Made by a program: the position numbers and the translations under genes | The notes under the pieces: generated by a model | The model's input: only the letters and a program-made list of their open reading frames with translations | Database searches by the model: none | Told to the model about the DNA's origin: nothing | Assembly: GCA_963708025.1 (NCBI GenBank) | Contig: CAVPSB010000030.1 | Location: 47,455-111,454, forward strand | Direction: 5' to 3' | Source of the DNA: an uncultured Candidatus Rokubacteria bacterium | Lineage (GTDB): Bacteria; Methylomirabilota; Methylomirabilia; Rokubacteriales; DASRDR01 | Length of the DNA: 64,000 nucleotides | Shown: positions 62,762 to 64,000 of the stretch, in pieces | Layout: every line of letters begins with the position of its first letter | How positions within the stretch are numbered: the stretch's first letter is position 1

Positions 62762-64000
62762 TGGCGCCGTTCTCCAGCACGGCCGCTCTCACCGAGGCGG
62801 AACTCCGCAGGAGCTTCGAGGAGGCCCAGCGCCAGGCCGACACGGTCTTCGCGCAGTACCAGCTGAGCCAGCTGCTGGCGCTGGGCGGCGACCTCGCCCT
62901 CCTCGCGGGGTCGGTGATCGGGGAGCTGGTCCGCGCGAGTGACGCCGTGGCGGGCGCCGTGTGGCTCACGCATCCTGGCGAGGGCGGCCTCCGGCTGGTC
63001 GCCAGCGAGCCGCTCCCGGAGGAGACGCGGCGCCCGACCATCCCGCCCAGCTTCCCGTCCGTGGCCGCCGCGCAGGACTGGGCTCGCGACGGGGGCTGGC
63101 ACGGTGTCTCGCTCGATGAACGCCGGGACCTGGGCGAGGGCGAGCTTGGTGCCCGGGTGGTCGGGTTCCTGGCCCTGCGCCCCGAGGAGGGCGCGCGGCT
63201 GCCCGCCGACCGTGTTCGCCTCCTCGGCCTCGTGCGTCACGAGCTGGCCATCGCCTTCTCGGCCGCCCAGCTGCGCGAGGAGCTGGCAGGCGAGCAGGCG
63301 CTGCTCGCGGCGATCCTCGACAGCACCACGGAAGGGATCGTCGCCGTGGACGAGCAGCGGCGTGTGGTGCGGGTCGACCGGGCTGCGGTCCCGCTGCTGG
63401 GAGGGCGGGTCCCGCCGGTCGGGGAGCTGTGCGAAACGGTGCTGCGCTGTACAGGCCCCGAGGGGTTGCGATGCGGCGAACGGTGCGGGTCGAGGAGGCG
63501 CTGGCCAGCCGCGAGGCGCCGGTCGAGACGGAGCTGCGCATGACCCTCGAGGACGGGACGGAGGTCCCCATCGCGGCCGCGTTCTCGGCGATGGCCGGGC
63601 GCGAGAAGGGTGCGGTGGTCGTGCTTCGGACGAGCGCGCCGAGCGGGCCGCTGAGGAGCTGCGGGCGAGCTTCCTCGCCGCGGTCTCGCATGAGCTGCGG
63701 ACCCCACTCGCGCTGATCTCCGGCCACGTTGACAGCCTGCTCGGCTTAGGTCTGGACCCAGCGACCGAGCGCCGGACGGTGGAGCGGATCGGCCTCGCGG
63801 CCGCGCGCCTCCAGGCCCTGGTGGACGAGCTGCTCGACCTCACGCAGGCCGAGCACGCGAGCCTCGCGCTCCACCGGGCCAGGGTGAGTGTCGTGGACCT
63901 TCTCGACGAGGCGATCGGCGGCCTGGGCGAGTGGCCCGGGATGCCACCCGTCCACGTCACGGTGCCCGCCGCGGTGCCCGACGTCCACGTGGACGCGGTC
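62761..64000 (+). CDS. Sensor histidine kinase (GAF-like + PAS + HisKA), frameshifted, runs off the window
   Basis: TGATG coupling to the dhaL paralog; AILDSTTEGIVAVD (PAS); SHELRTPLALI (H-box); LVDELLDL. Confidence 0.8.

Overview
GC-rich bacterial sequence, probably a long-read or metagenomic assembly, in two blocks that meet at a gene-breaking junction near 49,345. The left block (1-49.3 kb) reads as a phosphate-starvation island. It carries sixA-ppx-ppk1, an alkaline-phosphatase-family gene, remnants of phoX and an OprO/P porin, phnCED, mgsA, ino1 and zwf-opcA, plus candidate lipid-remodelling operons: GT4 / aminotransferase fused to an Mpo1-like domain / PEMT, and PHP / hydrolase / GH3 / methyltransferase. 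Seven promoters have Pho-box-like GT(C/A)A(C/T) repeats at 11-bp spacing ending exactly 10 nt before a TAnnnT -10 element; four more have a related layout. The block also holds a ferrosome-like cluster: four proteins with R-rich HMA2/CoBaHMA-type N-termini (one P1B and two PIIA ATPases, one small protein), small membrane proteins, a divergent metK and a multicopy 22-aa-repeat protein. Several heavily deleted duplicates of these operons are present. The right block (49.3-64 kb) is a glycerol/dihydroxyacetone cluster (glpF-dhaK-dhaL-glpK-dhaM-glpABC, ketopantoate-reductase-like gene, plsY), with extra dhaM/dhaL copies and a divergent dhaL coupled to a sensor histidine kinase. Frameshifts cluster in zwf and the glp/dha genes and look like sequencing errors. 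No rRNA, tRNA, CRISPR array or transposase was recognised. All family assignments are from motif recognition by eye; no database searches were run.
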